A DNA stretch of 64,000 bases from sequence record NC_070950.1; one strand, written 5' to 3'. Within the stretch, counting starts at the first letter, position 1. Each line of letters begins with the position of its first letter. Positions 25,150 through 33,454 of the stretch are shown one piece after another. The position numbers and the translations under genes were made by a program. Under the pieces are notes generated by a model. It had not been told where the DNA came from. It saw only the letters and a list, made by a program, of their open reading frames with translations, and ran no database searches.

Positions 25150-25558
25150 TGTCATTTTATTTGTCTATGACGACAGCGAGCTCGCCACCCAGTACACCGT
25201 GGCTAATAAAGGTGGGGCAAGAAGATTAACAACCCCAGGTCACAGTGTTCTCTTATCTGACGTCAAAGACAGAGTGGGGAAAAGCAGTTTCCATAACAGC
25301 ATTGTGGTATTTCTACGAGGAGGGGTTTTCTTTGTTTTCATGTGCGGGTCCGTTCTATACGGATTGGTGGGTGATCTCGATCACCTTCTGGATCACTTGT
25401 TGAAGATCAGGGACGAACTCAATACTCGGGCAGACATACGCAATCGGACAATACTGCATATCTCCGAGGCAGGGTTCGGGCGGTACGACATCATTCCGAC
25501 CATCGATCCCGTCGCGCACAAGGCATTGGCCGATTACCAAAATAATAAATTATTCTAA
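25139..25558 (+). CDS. hypothetical protein
   Basis: Overlaps the upstream stop; AAAGGA SD. Confidence 0.65.
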   Translation: MFNNVILFVYDDSELATQYTVANKGGARRLTTPGHSVLLSDVKDRVGKSSFHNSIVVFLRGGVFFVFMCGSVLYGLVGDLDHLLDHLLKIRDELNTRADIRNRTILHISEAGFGRYDIIPTIDPVAHKALADYQNNKLF

Positions 25559-25561
25559 CAG

Positions 25562-25593
25562 TTACTGGAGTGGGGATGACCCCACTCCAGTAA
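25562..25593 (+). terminator. intrinsic terminator
   Basis: 14-bp stem TTACTGGAGTGGGG-atga-CCCCACTCCAGTAA with a long T tract. Confidence 0.85.
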
Positions 25594-25623
25594 GTTATTT
25601 TTTTTTTCATATTATTTTAAAAC

Positions 25624-25631
25624 TATATTAC
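25624..25631 (+). promoter_or_regulatory. phiKZ-type early promoter
   Basis: TTTTAAAAc-TATATTAC, exact core. Confidence 0.75.
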
Positions 25632-25674
25632 CTAAACGTATAGACGACTTCTTTTATTTAACTGGAGTAGTAAA

Positions 25675-25923
25675 ATGATTTATTTCGATTTAGATTTTTT
25701 ACTCGGGTCAAAAATCACGAAAGAAGAATTTAAGGAGCTATTTCCGGATGCAGATCCGGACCATCTATCCTGTTCCTCTACCGAGGAGGAAATTGATTTC
25801 GAAAATGCTTTTTGTGCGGAAGATCCTTATGATTCGGAAATCCTTCACCGATCCGTACCCATAATCGAAGGATCAAAATCAGATTTAATTTCGTCATACA
25901 AATTAGCGGAGGATGAGATATGA
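25675..25923 (+). CDS. small highly acidic early protein
   Basis: 22 D/E against 6 K/R in 82 aa; GGAG SD. Confidence 0.75.
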   Translation: MIYFDLDFLLGSKITKEEFKELFPDADPDHLSCSSTEEEIDFENAFCAEDPYDSEILHRSVPIIEGSKSDLISSYKLAEDEI

Positions 25924-26912
25924 TTATTGCTTTAAAAACGTTTGTTGGTAGTAAACTGTTTGGATTAGAAACAGAGAATTCGGATACGGATATAAAGGGA
26001 ATTTATATTCCTTCTGCTAAGGATATTCTCTTACATCGTTATCACCCTGTGATCGATAAATCTTCTAATAAGGGGACTTATCGAGCCAACAAGCCGGAAG
26101 ATACAGATGAAGTCTATTTCTCTTTGGACAAATTTATCGAGCTTCTCATAAAAGCCGATACAACAGCTTTCGATATGCTGCACGCACCAGAAAGCAAAAT
26201 CCTCATCTCCACTGACATTCATCATGAGCTTTGGAGAAACCGGTCCAAGTTTTATACTAGCCGATTGGATGGTCTGTTCGGGCAGGTTATTACCGAAGCG
26301 AATACTTACGGTGTTCGGAGTATGCGAGCCGCCGCTTTAAAAGAGGTCGTTGAAATCGTTTCTTCGTGGGATGATTTTAAATTGTCGGGCTGCAGATTGG
26401 GTGGACTGATTTCTCAGCTCCCAGTCGATAACGTGTACACGCGTATAACGCGGGATGAGACACAGAGGGCCGGGTGTCAGGATTTCTATGAAATTCTAGA
26501 TCGTAAATTTCAGTACACCATCTCGGCTTTGAAATTCAAAACTGCTATTCTGGAATTATGGTCCTCCTACGGAGAAAGGGTTAAGAAGGTGGAGTTATCT
26601 GGGGGTAATGATTGGAAGGCGTTAAGCCATGCTTTCAGAATCGGATATCAGCTGTTAGATATCTATCGAGAGGGCGATTACACCTTCCCTTTAAAGCAAA
26701 GCTCTACGATTATGAAAATTAAACTCGGGGAGGTTTCAGAAGAAGAATCAAGAGAAATGCTGAATCAACTCATTTCCGATGTTAAAACTGCAGCAGGTAA
26801 ATCCGGACTTCCTACTGAAATCGATCCAGAGCCATGGTACGATTGGGTGGCAGACGTTTACGCCGGGGTAGTTAAGAAAGCTTATTTACCTAAGGGGTTT
26901 AGATTATCATGA
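25920..26912 (+). CDS. Pol-beta superfamily nucleotidyltransferase (RlaP/PF10127-like)
   Basis: FVGSKLFGLETENSDTDIKGIY (GS...DxD), D.L, DWKALSHAFR, YP/FP-L...KIKLG. Confidence 0.8.
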   Translation: MIIALKTFVGSKLFGLETENSDTDIKGIYIPSAKDILLHRYHPVIDKSSNKGTYRANKPEDTDEVYFSLDKFIELLIKADTTAFDMLHAPESKILISTDIHHELWRNRSKFYTSRLDGLFGQVITEANTYGVRSMRAAALKEVVEIVSSWDDFKLSGCRLGGLISQLPVDNVYTRITRDETQRAGCQDFYEILDRKFQYTISALKFKTAILELWSSYGERVKKVELSGGNDWKALSHAFRIGYQLLDIYREGDYTFPLKQSSTIMKIKLGEVSEEESREMLNQLISDVKTAAGKSGLPTEIDPEPWYDWVADVYAGVVKKAYLPKGFRLS

Positions 26913-27091
26913 CATCAGCAATGATTTTAGGAAGTTGTTTTGTGGTAGGGGGTTTTATCTTCCTTTACGTCTTAATCAGAATCTTAATTAAGAACAGCTT
27001 AGATGCCTTTGACAAAATGTTCGTTGCTGGGGCTGGGTTAACTGCCGTTGGGCTTATTATATTTTCTTGCGGTCTAATCCAAGGAGTCTGA
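26909..27091 (+). CDS. small 2-TM membrane protein
   Basis: 4-nt overlap; two hydrophobic helices. Confidence 0.7.
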   Translation: MTSAMILGSCFVVGGFIFLYVLIRILIKNSLDAFDKMFVAGAGLTAVGLIIFSCGLIQGV

Positions 27092-27115
27092 CACGCAAGA
27101 TCTGGAGGAGTAACA

Positions 27116-27382
27116 ATGAAATATTTTTTAGGGTTATTAGTTTTGTGTTGTGGTTTGTCTTATGCGAAAAATTCTACAGTAACCGGGAGTTGCGTTGCGA
27201 TGGATCATTACGAAAAGACGGTCTATCAGTGCAGCGATGGAACGGTAACCGTCATGGACCAAGACAACGCGACCATTTGTCGTCCTAATGATTCTGCTGT
27301 AACTGGAGGTGCTCAGCGCTGCTACCGGGTGGATTTAAAAACCGGGGAATCGCATGAAATGGAAAAAGGAGTTAACAAATGA
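27116..27382 (+). CDS. small secreted Cys-containing protein
   Basis: GGAGGAG SD; signal peptide ending SYA; four Cys in the mature part. Confidence 0.7.
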   Translation: MKYFLGLLVLCCGLSYAKNSTVTGSCVAMDHYEKTVYQCSDGTVTVMDQDNATICRPNDSAVTGGAQRCYRVDLKTGESHEMEKGVNK

Positions 27383-27591
27383 TCGATTTCTTTTTCGCTC
27401 CGGTTTCTAAGGGATGGTTTATCGTTCAGGTCATGTGCACGGTTTACGTTTTACTAAAATGTGTAACGTCCTATATCGACTACTGCAAGAACCCGAATAA
27501 AACTGATCTGATCATTTATTGGATTCAGGCGGGACTCGGGATAATCGTAACAACAAAAACGATTTGCTTCTTGGCGGCTGGGAGTTTCTAA
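27379..27591 (+). CDS. small membrane protein
   Basis: AGGAG SD; two hydrophobic segments. Confidence 0.7.
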   Translation: MIDFFFAPVSKGWFIVQVMCTVYVLLKCVTSYIDYCKNPNKTDLIIYWIQAGLGIIVTTKTICFLAAGSF

Positions 27592-27906
27592 ATGAAAAGT
27601 GTTCCTGAGTTAAGTAAATTGAACGATGTTTACGCTTGGGTCCGTCGTATAAACGAACACTACCCCAGACTGTGGGTAGAGGGTTATATGGTGATCGGTA
27701 ATATAAACCGGCCGGTTTTATTCTCAACCTTCGCAGATCTTAGTTGTCTCCATGCCGTATGGGATCGGGAGTTCGCCGGTAAAGAATTCTTTTTAGAGGA
27801 TAAACTGGTGTTAAGGGTGAAATGTTCCCAGTCAACCAGGGATAAACTCAGACGCTTGAAAATCCACAGTACCCTGGAGGTTCCTTTGGTATGGAACATG
27901 AATTAA
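27592..27906 (+). CDS. hypothetical protein
   Basis: Abuts the upstream stop; GGGAG SD. Confidence 0.7.
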   Translation: MKSVPELSKLNDVYAWVRRINEHYPRLWVEGYMVIGNINRPVLFSTFADLSCLHAVWDREFAGKEFFLEDKLVLRVKCSQSTRDKLRRLKIHSTLEVPLVWNMN

Positions 27907-28229
27907 AAATAGCTTTAGCGAGTTACGGAAGATTAACTATATTAAACCCACTCAGGGGGATCATAGGCCATTTTGTCCCAAGATTAATAGTAGAGTGGTC
28001 AGTAGAAGAAAGAACGCTCAGATTCCGTCCTAGCGGCACTGAGGGGAATAAGTATTATAAAGGGTTTATTAAGTTAAGTCCTACCGCATGCGTCCATTTA
28101 ATAGCGCCTATTCTTAGAAAAGCAGAATACGGTAAAAAGATGGATAATCCAGATATCGTTGAAGTTCTCGGGCATACTGTCACGATCAAAGTCAAAGAAC
28201 AAGACGGCTGGTATTGCGCACAATTTTAA
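27891..28229 (+). CDS. hypothetical protein
   Basis: GGAGG upstream; overlapping arrangement. Confidence 0.7.
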   Translation: MEHELKIALASYGRLTILNPLRGIIGHFVPRLIVEWSVEERTLRFRPSGTEGNKYYKGFIKLSPTACVHLIAPILRKAEYGKKMDNPDIVEVLGHTVTIKVKEQDGWYCAQF

Positions 28230-28256
28230 CTCGAGTATCAATTTAGGAAAAATATC

Positions 28257-28706
28257 ATGCAATTAGATAACATTTGGTTTTTCGGCATAGACGCAGAAGA
28301 TCTAGAAAATTTTAAAGCGATCTTTACCGTAGAAGGGTTAAAGGAACCCTTCGATTTTAATTTCATTCCCTTCACCATTTCGCCTCAGTCGATGGTCGCT
28401 CACACTAAAGAACTGACGATCACGCTTTACCCCGTTAAAGAGAAAATTTTATTAAATGGTAAAGTAGAACAAACGATCTTTAAAGGTTCCGACGGAAGGT
28501 TGTATTTTAACCTGGGTTCGATTATCCAGGTGATGAATAGTCAAATAGCCGCCTTTGTAGCCAAATCCTTTTCTGGGTTTAATAAACTGGGCTGGTTTAT
28601 TAAAGAGATCGACGGAAGTTTTATCCTATTCAACGTCCAGAGCTTCAGTGACGAGGGGTTGATTAAACTGTATCGATCCTCTAGCGTAACCGATAGCTCT
28701 AATTAA
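28257..28706 (+). CDS. hypothetical protein
   Basis: TTTAGGA leader. Confidence 0.75.
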   Translation: MQLDNIWFFGIDAEDLENFKAIFTVEGLKEPFDFNFIPFTISPQSMVAHTKELTITLYPVKEKILLNGKVEQTIFKGSDGRLYFNLGSIIQVMNSQIAAFVAKSFSGFNKLGWFIKEIDGSFILFNVQSFSDEGLIKLYRSSSVTDSSN

Positions 28707-28715
28707 GGAAACCTT

Positions 28716-28907
28716 ATGGTAATCTCAAACGCTGTTATCGTGTTGGTGGTTTGGCTCACCGTTATCCCTCTCCTAATCTGGGAGACGCGTAACGACGGTT
28801 ACAAGCCGTTGAAGCGCTATATCTTCATCGTCATATGGCCTATCTCTGCGGTAGGGATATTTTTACATATCGTCTGGCAACTCCTGAAATATAAAGGATG
28901 GAAATAA
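28716..28907 (+). CDS. small 2-TM membrane protein
   Basis: AAGGA SD; two hydrophobic segments. Confidence 0.7.
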   Translation: MVISNAVIVLVVWLTVIPLLIWETRNDGYKPLKRYIFIVIWPISAVGIFLHIVWQLLKYKGWK

Positions 28908-29254
28908 TGGGAATATTCTACGCCGGATTAATCCTTATTACCGGCCTTTTATTCGGGGTGGGATACTTGCTCTTTAAAAAGAGAAAAGACCCGCAGCTGG
29001 TATACTGGGACGACTGGATAAAACTTCATTGGAAGAAGTTTTTAATTGTCTTAATGATCTCGCTGGGTGTTTATACTCTAATTTGTATCAAGCCCCTTTA
29101 CCACACAACCAAATGTTACTTCTACGGTAAAACGTATAAGACATACACCGAATACAGTTGGATTCTTGGTGAGTGTTTGTATAAAGGTAAGACGGGGGCG
29201 ATGTTGCCTTTGCAGATCACTCGGGATAATCCAGACGGAGACGTCGAGGAGTAG
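28907..29254 (+). CDS. membrane protein with a periplasmic Cys pair (start 28898 or 28907)
   Basis: TAATG coupling; two TM segments, then C.FYGK...GEC. Confidence 0.7.
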   Translation: MGIFYAGLILITGLLFGVGYLLFKKRKDPQLVYWDDWIKLHWKKFLIVLMISLGVYTLICIKPLYHTTKCYFYGKTYKTYTEYSWILGECLYKGKTGAMLPLQITRDNPDGDVEE

Positions 29255-29257
29255 AAC

Positions 29258-29695
29258 ATGATTTGGGTAAAACAAGCCTGTTCGTTATGGTACGAAAAAA
29301 GAACATTGAAGGACTGGGGTGAGATCCTCACTTTTATTAGTATGTTCTGTCTGATTGTAACACTATGTGCAAGTTTTGCAACTAGTTCTGTTCTTTGGCT
29401 AACATTGTGTGCGATCAATATAGTGCTGATGATTTCTTTAGGGCCTTTGTTCGACTGGTTACACAAAAACAAATCCACGATCGTAATGAGGGTAGAACGC
29501 GAAAGGATGTTAAAAGATCCTTTCGATAGCATGATCCATGCTTATCTGGAAACAGACGGTGCTGATATTGAAGAACTGTTGGACGTACTGCGAATGGATT
29601 CGTTTACGTTACACAATCAAATTAAAAACACGGAGCTTAAAAGTAGGGTGTCTGACGCTATCGCCAAGATGCACCGAAAACAAAGCTCAAATTAA
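29258..29695 (+). CDS. membrane protein
   Basis: GAGGAG SD; two TM segments and a helical tail. Confidence 0.7.
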   Translation: MIWVKQACSLWYEKRTLKDWGEILTFISMFCLIVTLCASFATSSVLWLTLCAINIVLMISLGPLFDWLHKNKSTIVMRVERERMLKDPFDSMIHAYLETDGADIEELLDVLRMDSFTLHNQIKNTELKSRVSDAIAKMHRKQSSN

Positions 29696-29707
29696 TTAGG
29701 AAAACAA

Positions 29708-30571
29708 ATGAAAACAGCAGAACAACAGTATTTGGATTTAGGGTTTCGCATTGTCGAAGAAGGTGTGTGGGTAGAAAACAAACGAACCGGCGTTCGTTGT
29801 CTAACTGTGGCCAATGAAACTCTTCATTACGACGTGGAAAACGGGTTGACTCCTGTTCTCTCCACCCGCCCCGTCCCTTATAAAGGAGGGTTAGGGGAGT
29901 CCATCGCTTACTTGCAAGGGAAAGGGAACGCCGCTGAATTCCGTGAGTTGGGTTCCAACACCTGGAACTCTAATGCCAACGAGAACGAAGCCTGGCTGAA
30001 CAATCCTAACCGTAAAGGCGAGGATGACATGGGTCGGGTCTATGGCGTTCAAGGACGTGATTGGACTAACCAATTCGGCGCTAAGTTAGACCAGCTGAAG
30101 AAAATCATCGACAACCTTAATCGAGGAATTGATGATCGCGGAGAGATTCTGACTTTCTGGAATCCCGGGGAATTTGAATATGGGTGTTTGCGTCCTTGTA
30201 TGCACACGCACCAGTTTACCCTACTCGGCAATAAACTCCACCTCACCTCGGTGCAAAGAAGCTTCGATTGGGCGTTAGGTGGGCCGGCAAATATGCTTCA
30301 ATGTTATTTCTTCTTACAGTTGATGGCTCAGGTCACGGGACATACCGCCGGTCAGGTCACTCATCACGTGGTCAACGCGCATATCTACGAGAACCAGCTG
30401 GAGTTGGCTAAAGAGCAACTCAAAAGAACTCCTCACCGAACAGATACTCAGTTCTGGGTTAATCCAAATATCCGCACCCTGGAAGATATCGATAAGATGA
30501 CCAAGAACGACGTCAAACTTATCGGTTACTTCAGCGACTACGACCCGATCAAATATCCGTTTACGGTGTAA
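29708..30571 (+). CDS. thyA: thymidylate synthase
   Basis: RTGV, LRPCMH, QRSFD, NAHIYENQ. Includes the WNSNANENEAWL.NPNRKGEDDMGRVYGVQGR insert typical of Vibrio/Pasteurella-type ThyA. Confidence 0.96.
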   Translation: MKTAEQQYLDLGFRIVEEGVWVENKRTGVRCLTVANETLHYDVENGLTPVLSTRPVPYKGGLGESIAYLQGKGNAAEFRELGSNTWNSNANENEAWLNNPNRKGEDDMGRVYGVQGRDWTNQFGAKLDQLKKIIDNLNRGIDDRGEILTFWNPGEFEYGCLRPCMHTHQFTLLGNKLHLTSVQRSFDWALGGPANMLQCYFFLQLMAQVTGHTAGQVTHHVVNAHIYENQLELAKEQLKRTPHRTDTQFWVNPNIRTLEDIDKMTKNDVKLIGYFSDYDPIKYPFTV

Positions 30572-30590
30572 CTCGCAATAAAACAAAAAC

Positions 30591-30622
30591 TTTATCCTAC
30601 CTGGATTCCCAGGTAGGATAAA
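30591..30622. terminator. bidirectional terminator
   Basis: TTTATCCTACCTGG-attc-CCAGGTAGGATAAA between convergent genes. Confidence 0.8.
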
Positions 30623-30628
30623 TAAAGT

Positions 30629-31009
30629 TTATCTTTTTTGGATGACGTTGCCCTCAGCTTTACGTTTGGTAAAATGAGAGGATCCGCAGAGTCGGACAAA
30701 CACCCACATTACAAGCCAGTAGCGCCAGCTGAGTTTTAAACGATAACGCATATTGTCTCGGAAGAGATTGTCGCACTCTTTCCTTTCGTATAACCCGGAA
30801 CCGTACATGTAATCGTGCACAGCCGCAGCCGGGAAATATTTATAGTAAGCTGGGTATAAACCCTGTAGCCAACGAGGAACACTCGCACCGTCCGTTACCA
30901 AGCCTTTAGGGACGGTGACTTCTGGGGTCGGGTAATCTTCTCTGAACCGAAATTTATCCTCGGTTATAACGTAGTCAAGCGGGATGTCGGTAAAACTAAA
31001 TTCTTCCAT
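30629..31009 (-). CDS. DUF1353-domain protein
   Basis: VPKGLVTDGASVPR, AAAVHDYMY, RKECDNLF. Confidence 0.88.
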   Translation of the reverse strand: MEEFSFTDIPLDYVITEDKFRFREDYPTPEVTVPKGLVTDGASVPRWLQGLYPAYYKYFPAAAVHDYMYGSGLYERKECDNLFRDNMRYRLKLSWRYWLVMWVFVRLCGSSHFTKRKAEGNVIQKR

Positions 31010-31085
31010 TTCGCTATTCTCTGAATTAGTTAGTAATAAACGATCATAGCATTTTAGACTTTCGACACATAGAAGTTTTCAGTTC

Positions 31086-31093
31086 TATATTAC
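31086..31093 (+). promoter_or_regulatory. phiKZ-type early promoter
   Basis: Exact cTATATTAC; AACCTATC follows 14 nt later. Confidence 0.75.
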
Positions 31094-31131
31094 TGTTATG
31101 TAAACACAACCTATCATTAAGGAAAGGCATC

Positions 31132-31617
31132 GTGAAACTCGTTAATCAAAAAGTTTATATTGTTAAGCCAGGCGATACGCTGTCAGAAATAGCAAACCAT
31201 TTTTGTGGGAATCCTGCTATCGGATACGATATAGCTGAGGACAACGGCATTATCAACGCCGGACTCATCTATCAAGGGCAAAGAATCTGGATAAGGGAGG
31301 GATTTCTAAAGGAAGAATTTAAGGGCTCTCCTAATACCCAACCCAAAGAAGAACCTTTCAGAAAAGGTCAGGTCGTTCATATCGCTCAGTCCGGCGTTCT
31401 AACAAGACCAAAACTTACCGACTGGGTTGAAAGTATCGATCATCTAATCGATGGCTGTTTTTTAATTGTACAAGACCAAGATCAGAATCGCTCTTCGGTC
31501 CTGGTCCAAGATAACAAGAAGCAGTTTTATTACTTCGATCTGAACGAATCAAGAGAAGTGGTTAGGGTTCAAGGAGCGATAGAAATCTGCCCTGGTCGTT
31601 TTATGGCGTTAGGTTAA
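31132..31617 (+). CDS. LysM-domain protein with no signal peptide
   Basis: YIVKPGDTLSEIA...IAEDNGI.NAGLIYQGQRIWI. Confidence 0.88.
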   Translation: MKLVNQKVYIVKPGDTLSEIANHFCGNPAIGYDIAEDNGIINAGLIYQGQRIWIREGFLKEEFKGSPNTQPKEEPFRKGQVVHIAQSGVLTRPKLTDWVESIDHLIDGCFLIVQDQDQNRSSVLVQDNKKQFYYFDLNESREVVRVQGAIEICPGRFMALG

Positions 31618-31634
31618 ATCCAACTGAGGGTTAC

Positions 31635-32030
31635 ATGAAAAAGATTATAATCTACACAGCCCCGAGGTCAAGCTTCTTAGGGGCGGGACTCAAAGAAAAA
31701 CTTTTAAAGGAACTGGAAGTGACTTTCGGTTATCTCTTTGATGTACAGGAGATAACCGAAATGGGGATTGAACTAACGGCGCACGAATTCATCATTTCCG
31801 ATGAAGGATTCAATATTCTCGCTAAGGAGTGGGAGAATAAGTTTGAGGATCCGGAGATTCACAAGATGGAGGACGTTTACATGTTCCCGTCTGAGTTACG
31901 TAAAGCAAGCTTGGATAAGTTGAAAGGGGTTAGGGAACTCTTTACGATTAGAGTCGCAACCTTCCTTTCATGCTTACCAGAAGAAACGGCAGTTTTAATC
32001 GAAGCTCAACCCGTCGAAGAAGACGAATAA
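31635..32030 (+). CDS. acidic hypothetical protein, tandem paralogue 1
   Basis: GAGGG SD; aligns with the next ORF. Confidence 0.75.
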   Translation: MKKIIIYTAPRSSFLGAGLKEKLLKELEVTFGYLFDVQEITEMGIELTAHEFIISDEGFNILAKEWENKFEDPEIHKMEDVYMFPSELRKASLDKLKGVRELFTIRVATFLSCLPEETAVLIEAQPVEEDE

Positions 32031-32047
32031 CTTTAGGATTTAACATC

Positions 32048-32425
32048 ATGTATGAGGTTACTGTTTACCATTTCTCCAGACAAGAACTGGAAAAGAAAGA
32101 TCAGGATTTCTTCGAAGACCTGACCAAGAACGAAGGTTGGGTAGAAGACATCGAAGATATTGAAATGGCACTGGGTTCCAGGGAGGGTTGCATTGAAGGT
32201 CAAGAATTCAGATTACCCGTCTCTGCTTTAGATATCCTGGAAATGAAATGGGAGGGGCGTTTTGACTCTGGCATTTGCATGTGTTCCGCCATTTACTATT
32301 TCTCGCCTGAATGCATTGAATCCGTATGTCGCGATCTTTCCGATCATGGTACTCGGGAGGCCGCTCTCTTAGCAGAGTACCTGCAGGGCATCCCCGATAC
32401 CGAAATCGTCGTTATCGAAATCTAA
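32048..32425 (+). CDS. acidic hypothetical protein, tandem paralogue 2 (start moved from 31970)
   Basis: TTTAGGATTTAACATC leader before the ATG at 32048. Confidence 0.75.
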   Translation: MYEVTVYHFSRQELEKKDQDFFEDLTKNEGWVEDIEDIEMALGSREGCIEGQEFRLPVSALDILEMKWEGRFDSGICMCSAIYYFSPECIESVCRDLSDHGTREAALLAEYLQGIPDTEIVVIEI

Positions 32426-32452
32426 TTGCTGTGTAGTTGTGGTAGTTCTTTT

Positions 32453-32477
32453 GGGGGCCTTCGGGCCCTCCTTTTTT
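32453..32477 (+). terminator. intrinsic terminator with a cUUCGg loop
   Basis: GGGGGCC-ttcg-GGCCCTC followed by CTTTTTT. Confidence 0.8.
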
Positions 32478-32489
32478 AAGGAAAGTGAA

Positions 32490-32930
32490 ATGCGGGAAGA
32501 CAGAAATATTTATCGTAACACAGCTTATATCAACGATCGTTATGAGAGGATAGGTGATGCAGTAGAGGTAACACTATTTTCTTTTTCGACGTTTGAAATA
32601 GAGCAGAAAATCGTGTTTGAGTGGGTCAAGAAAAATCCCGCTATCAAACTCGAACTTTATCGAGGTCTGAGTGATAAAGATTCACCAGTAAATATCTGCG
32701 GGTCCGTTACTAATATAAGGATCAACCCCCTAGATTTCAAAGTCACCGGTACACTTCGACCCGAAGGAAGAATGCGCAAAATACTGGAAGATACCATCAA
32801 TCGGCATCAGCCTGTCACCATTAACATGCGAGGGATATTTGATTTTAGACATTCCGTTTATCGTTGTACCGAAATCAAAGGTCTGGTGCTAATGTCTGAC
32901 TTTAGTGCCTATCGTAAAAGGAGTATTTAA
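32490..32930 (+). CDS. hypothetical protein, possibly a degenerate prohead-protease-like fold (start moved from 32439)
   Basis: AAGGA SD; NICGSVTN...VTGTLRPEG...INMRG. Confidence 0.4.
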   Translation: MREDRNIYRNTAYINDRYERIGDAVEVTLFSFSTFEIEQKIVFEWVKKNPAIKLELYRGLSDKDSPVNICGSVTNIRINPLDFKVTGTLRPEGRMRKILEDTINRHQPVTINMRGIFDFRHSVYRCTEIKGLVLMSDFSAYRKRSI

Positions 32931-32950
32931 CTTCCATAATTTTTTAAATC

Positions 32951-32958
32951 GATATTAC
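32951..32958 (+). promoter_or_regulatory. early-promoter variant
   Basis: TTTTTAAATc-GATATTAC. Confidence 0.55.
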
Positions 32959-33018
32959 CACTGTGTCTCAAAATAAAACTTTTTAGGTTGTTTTAACATC
33001 ACTTAGGAGTACGCCCGT

Positions 33019-33393
33019 ATGCGTTATCAACATTTTTCTATCGTCTCTTCCAAAGAAGCATTTTCCATTCGTCTTTCTTACATCCTGCAACATCTGAACA
33101 AAACAGAAACTCAGCGCTCTATCGCGGAGTATTGTGGGGTGAGCACGAGTACCATCTCCGCCATCTGCAACGAGCACGTCCAGTATGTATCCCTCAATAC
33201 GCTGATGAAAATCGCGGATAAACTGAAACTCAACTACGAGGTTGTCTTTAAAGGCAATCGCGGTAAAGTGAGTAACTTTGTTACTGTTGAATCCGCCGTG
33301 GATTACATGAAGCTCGGCAAGCTGAACCCCGTTCGTAAAAATGTGATGAAGGGTAGCTCCCCTGCATTTAAAGGACGGGTGGCGACGCATTAA
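33019..33393 (+). CDS. XRE/Cro-C1 HTH protein
   Basis: TQRSIAEYCGVSTSTISAICN...SLNTLMKIADKL; AGGAG SD. Confidence 0.85.
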   Translation: MRYQHFSIVSSKEAFSIRLSYILQHLNKTETQRSIAEYCGVSTSTISAICNEHVQYVSLNTLMKIADKLKLNYEVVFKGNRGKVSNFVTVESAVDYMKLGKLNPVRKNVMKGSSPAFKGRVATH

Positions 33394-33398
33394 TCATG

Positions 33399-33422
33399 GT
33401 GGGGGTCCGCAAGGGCTCCCAC
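33399..33422 (+). terminator. GNRA-loop hairpin terminator
   Basis: GTGGGGGTCC-gcaa-GGGCTCCCAC with 2 G-U pairs; T-rich downstream. Confidence 0.7.
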
Positions 33423-33454
33423 GCTATTTATCAATTTATTTTTTAGGATAAAAC

